This document shows positions 57,397-59,169 of a stretch of 59,169 nt of DNA, piece by piece. The position numbers and the translations under genes are program-made. Within the stretch, counting starts at the first letter, position 1, and each line of letters begins with the position of its first letter. This stretch comes from Chitinophagaceae bacterium UBA2793 (GTDB lineage: Bacteria; Bacteroidota; Bacteroidia; Chitinophagales; Chitinophagaceae), in contig DEHT01000016.1 in the NCBI GenBank assembly GCA_002352045.1, positions 5,265-64,433 of the forward strand. Direction: 5' to 3'. The notes under the pieces are model-generated. The model was not told the origin of the DNA. It saw only the letters and a list, made by a program, of their open reading frames with translations, and made no database searches.

Positions 57397-58422
57397 ATGA
57401 TTCCAAAAGAAAAAACTTTACGAATTGCAGCCGCAATATTTCTAAATATTTTATTTGGCTATTCTGCAAAATCTCAAAACCCATACTTCGAATTAACCAA
57501 TTTGGCCGAGTTGCAATTTATTGATGGAAATTATCGGGAATCTTTGAAAAGTTATAACAAGGCATTTGCTTTAGGGAAAAACAGTTTTGGAAAAGATTTA
57601 TATAATGCAGCACTCTGTTCTATAAGAATAGGAGACTTACTTTTATGTAACAATTTTTTAGACAGCCTTTGTGCCAGAGGTTACAAGTTGAATAAGCTAA
57701 ACAAAAAGCATTTTAGCAAATTCCATAAATCAAAATACTATAAAGCTTTGTCAAAAAAATATCAAAACTTTCTCATCAATGAAGTGTTAATCAAAAACAA
57801 TGAATACCTGCAAGGCATATTAAAAGATGACCAATATTTTCGTTTAAAAAACCCGGGGAATTATAGGAATACTGAATTTGTGGGCATAATAGGTTTAATA
57901 GATAGTATAAACGCATATAAGCTTTTAAACTTTATTGAAACAAAAGGATTTCCGAGTGAATTTACATGTGGAATAGATGAAACTTCCTCATTTTATAATT
58001 TCGCCAGCCATGTCATCCTTATGCATCAAGCTTTTGGCTCAAAATCAAGAGTAATAAATTTTACCGAAACCGTATTAAATGCAATGGAAAAGGGGCAGGT
58101 ATTACCTCATATTGGCACATCAGAATATGTAATATCGAGTAGAAGAGATTCTTTGTTTGGAAGGGATTACTATTTTAGAGTTAAACAGGATGATGGCACA
58201 TATATATATGCATACTTGGGCGACACAAAAAATGATAAAGAAAGTTGGATTAATACGAATAGAAAGAGATATAATTTAGAACCACTGGCAGACTATAGAA
58301 AAAAGATTTTGTATTGGATAAAAAATGACGATTTAATTTTTGACTTTATAATGGGTGAAGATGTGGCAACATTTAGTAAGAGTATGATAAAGCATTTTAA
58401 GAATATTAAATATATTGAATGA
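57397..58422 (+). CDS. Hypothetical secreted protein (cargo gene 2)
   Basis: I chose the ATG at 57397; the track start at 57391 is TTG. It has a signal peptide (AAAIFLNILFGYSAKSQ) and a TPR-like N-terminal helix pair. I recognised no catalytic motif. Confidence 0.55.
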   Translation: MIPKEKTLRIAAAIFLNILFGYSAKSQNPYFELTNLAELQFIDGNYRESLKSYNKAFALGKNSFGKDLYNAALCSIRIGDLLLCNNFLDSLCARGYKLNKLNKKHFSKFHKSKYYKALSKKYQNFLINEVLIKNNEYLQGILKDDQYFRLKNPGNYRNTEFVGIIGLIDSINAYKLLNFIETKGFPSEFTCGIDETSSFYNFASHVILMHQAFGSKSRVINFTETVLNAMEKGQVLPHIGTSEYVISSRRDSLFGRDYYFRVKQDDGTYIYAYLGDTKNDKESWINTNRKRYNLEPLADYRKKILYWIKNDDLIFDFIMGEDVATFSKSMIKHFKNIKYIE

Positions 58423-58457
58423 TTCTTACCGTTTCAGAATCTACTGATATAAGTACT

Positions 58458-58587
58458 CAGCGGCCCCGGAAAAATTACTTTGTACAAAGGCAAAGAAGTA
58501 GTGAAACGAAATATCAACAGCGAAGTTGCCGTAGATGAATTAATTAATTTACTCAAAGAAAACGATGCTTGGGTGGAGCCGGGTTAA
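58458..58587 (+). pseudogene. ispG: Headless 3' fragment of ispG (42 codons plus stop)
   Basis: It is in frame with ...SGPGKITLYKGKEVVKRNINSEVAVDELINLLKENDAWVEPG*. An in-frame TAA sits two codons upstream of the repeat boundary, and there is no start codon. Confidence 0.85.
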
Positions 58588-58614
58588 TGGTGCTTGGATA
58601 GTTTTTCATCCTTG
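58458..58614 (+). repeat. Direct repeat copy 2 of the ispG 3' end
   Basis: See copy 1. There are 8 mismatches: 3 in the former coding part (ATA/GTT and GGG/GGT) and 5 in the 27 nt after the stop. Confidence 0.95.
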
Positions 58615-58662
58615 CTGAATAAAACCAAAGTTGGAAATACTTGCCTTATTTTCACTAAAATC

Positions 58663-59169
58663 TTACATATTCCTCCTGTACTGCCCGCCTACACTATACA
58701 ATGCATGAGTAATTTGTCCCAAAGAACAATACTTTACCGTTTCCATTAGTTCTTCAAACAGGTTGCCGTTGTTAACTGCTACCTCTTGTAGTTGTTTAAG
58801 CATGGCGGCACTTTTATCGGCATGGCGATTATGGAATGCTTCTAAAGTTTTTATTTGAAATTCTTTTTCTTCGGTAGTGCTTCGTATTACTTCCTGTGGC
58901 AACACTGTTGGTGAACCTTGTTTGCTTAAAAAAGTATTTACACCTACAATGGGATATTCGCCTGTATGTTTCAACGTTTCGTAATACAAACTTTCTTCCT
59001 GAATTTTATTTCGTTGGTACATTCTTTCCATGGCACCCAATACACCGCCACGCTCTGTAATGCGATTAAATTCTGTGAGCACTGCCTGTTCTACTAAATC
59101 GGTTAATTCTTCTATTAAGAATGAACCCTGGTTGGGGTTTTCGTTTTTAGCCGTACCCAGTTCCCGGTT
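58663..59169 (-). CDS. 3' end of a methylmalonyl-CoA mutase-family gene ending in the catalytic TIM-barrel domain (IcmF-like; 5' end lies outside the window)
   Basis: The frame is open to the window edge. The sequence ...[39 protein letters not shown]...GVNTF...GQYRRNM* matches the end of the mutase substrate-binding domain, and no B12 domain follows it. Confidence 0.75.
   Translation of the reverse strand, partial: NRELGTAKNENPNQGSFLIEELTDLVEQAVLTEFNRITERGGVLGAMERMYQRNKIQEESLYYETLKHTGEYPIVGVNTFLSKQGSPTVLPQEVIRSTTEEKEFQIKTLEAFHNRHADKSAAMLKQLQEVAVNNGNLFEELMETVKYCSLGQITHALYSVGGQYRRNM

Larger units (their letters stand above)
56383..58457. mobile_element. 2075-bp AT-rich insert bracketed by the ispG 3'-end duplication; putative integrated islet or remnant with no recombinase gene
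   Basis: It is flanked by the 157-bp direct repeats. Hand counts on single 60-nt lines give about 27-37% G+C inside the insert and about 48-55% in ispG. It carries two ORFs encoding exported proteins. Confidence 0.4.

Noticed and set aside
56383-58457. AGTACT immediately inside both insert ends (56384-56389 and 58452-57), read as possible terminal inverted repeats (AGTACTgTAT / AGTACTtATAT)
   Set aside because: Only a 6-bp palindrome plus a few loosely matching bases is shared, which is too short to separate from chance. A transposon would also not produce a 157-bp target duplication. It is kept only as a note under the ispG duplication finding.
1-59169. Search by eye for tRNA, rRNA, CRISPR arrays, transposases, integrases and phage genes
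   Set aside because: I found no cloverleaf-like GTTCGAATC-type T-arms, no regularly spaced 25-40-bp repeats, and no DDE or tyrosine/serine recombinase-like ORFs on either strand. The absence should be confirmed with tRNAscan-SE, Infernal and CRISPR finders.

Overview
This is a chromosomal window from a Bacteroidota genome. The phylum call rests on a SusC/SusD pair, gldE-gldD, a PorX-type REC-PglZ regulator, a fused lpxC-fabZ, and TAnnTTTG-type -7 boxes. It holds about 50 tightly packed protein genes, most of them housekeeping:
- a TetR-controlled RND efflux operon
- a Cu P-type ATPase
- a RecQ-family helicase
- the lpxD / lpxC-fabZ / lpxA lipid A cluster
- ruvC, uppP, rng, mutY, ssb and long-form ispG
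- a three-gene ROK-SusC-SusD locus

I saw no rRNA, tRNA, CRISPR array, transposase or integrase.

The accessory-looking part is the right end, about 48.9-58.6 kb. It contains:
- an 8-bp-periodic inverted repeat array upstream of a DUF3109-like gene that overlaps a class D beta-lactamase gene
- a VWA-TPR fusion protein
- a solitary two-HKD phospholipase-D-family gene with an unrecognised N-terminal domain and its own strong terminator hairpin
- a 157-bp direct duplication of the ispG 3' end (149/157 identical, offset exactly 2232 bp). It brackets a 2075-bp AT-rich insert that encodes two exported orphan proteins and no recombinase. This is the most unusual item.

I also found a 29-aa Lys/Arg-rich ORF that is too short for the supplied ORF track and looks like a small ribosomal protein. 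All family assignments come from reading motifs by eye. No database search was run.
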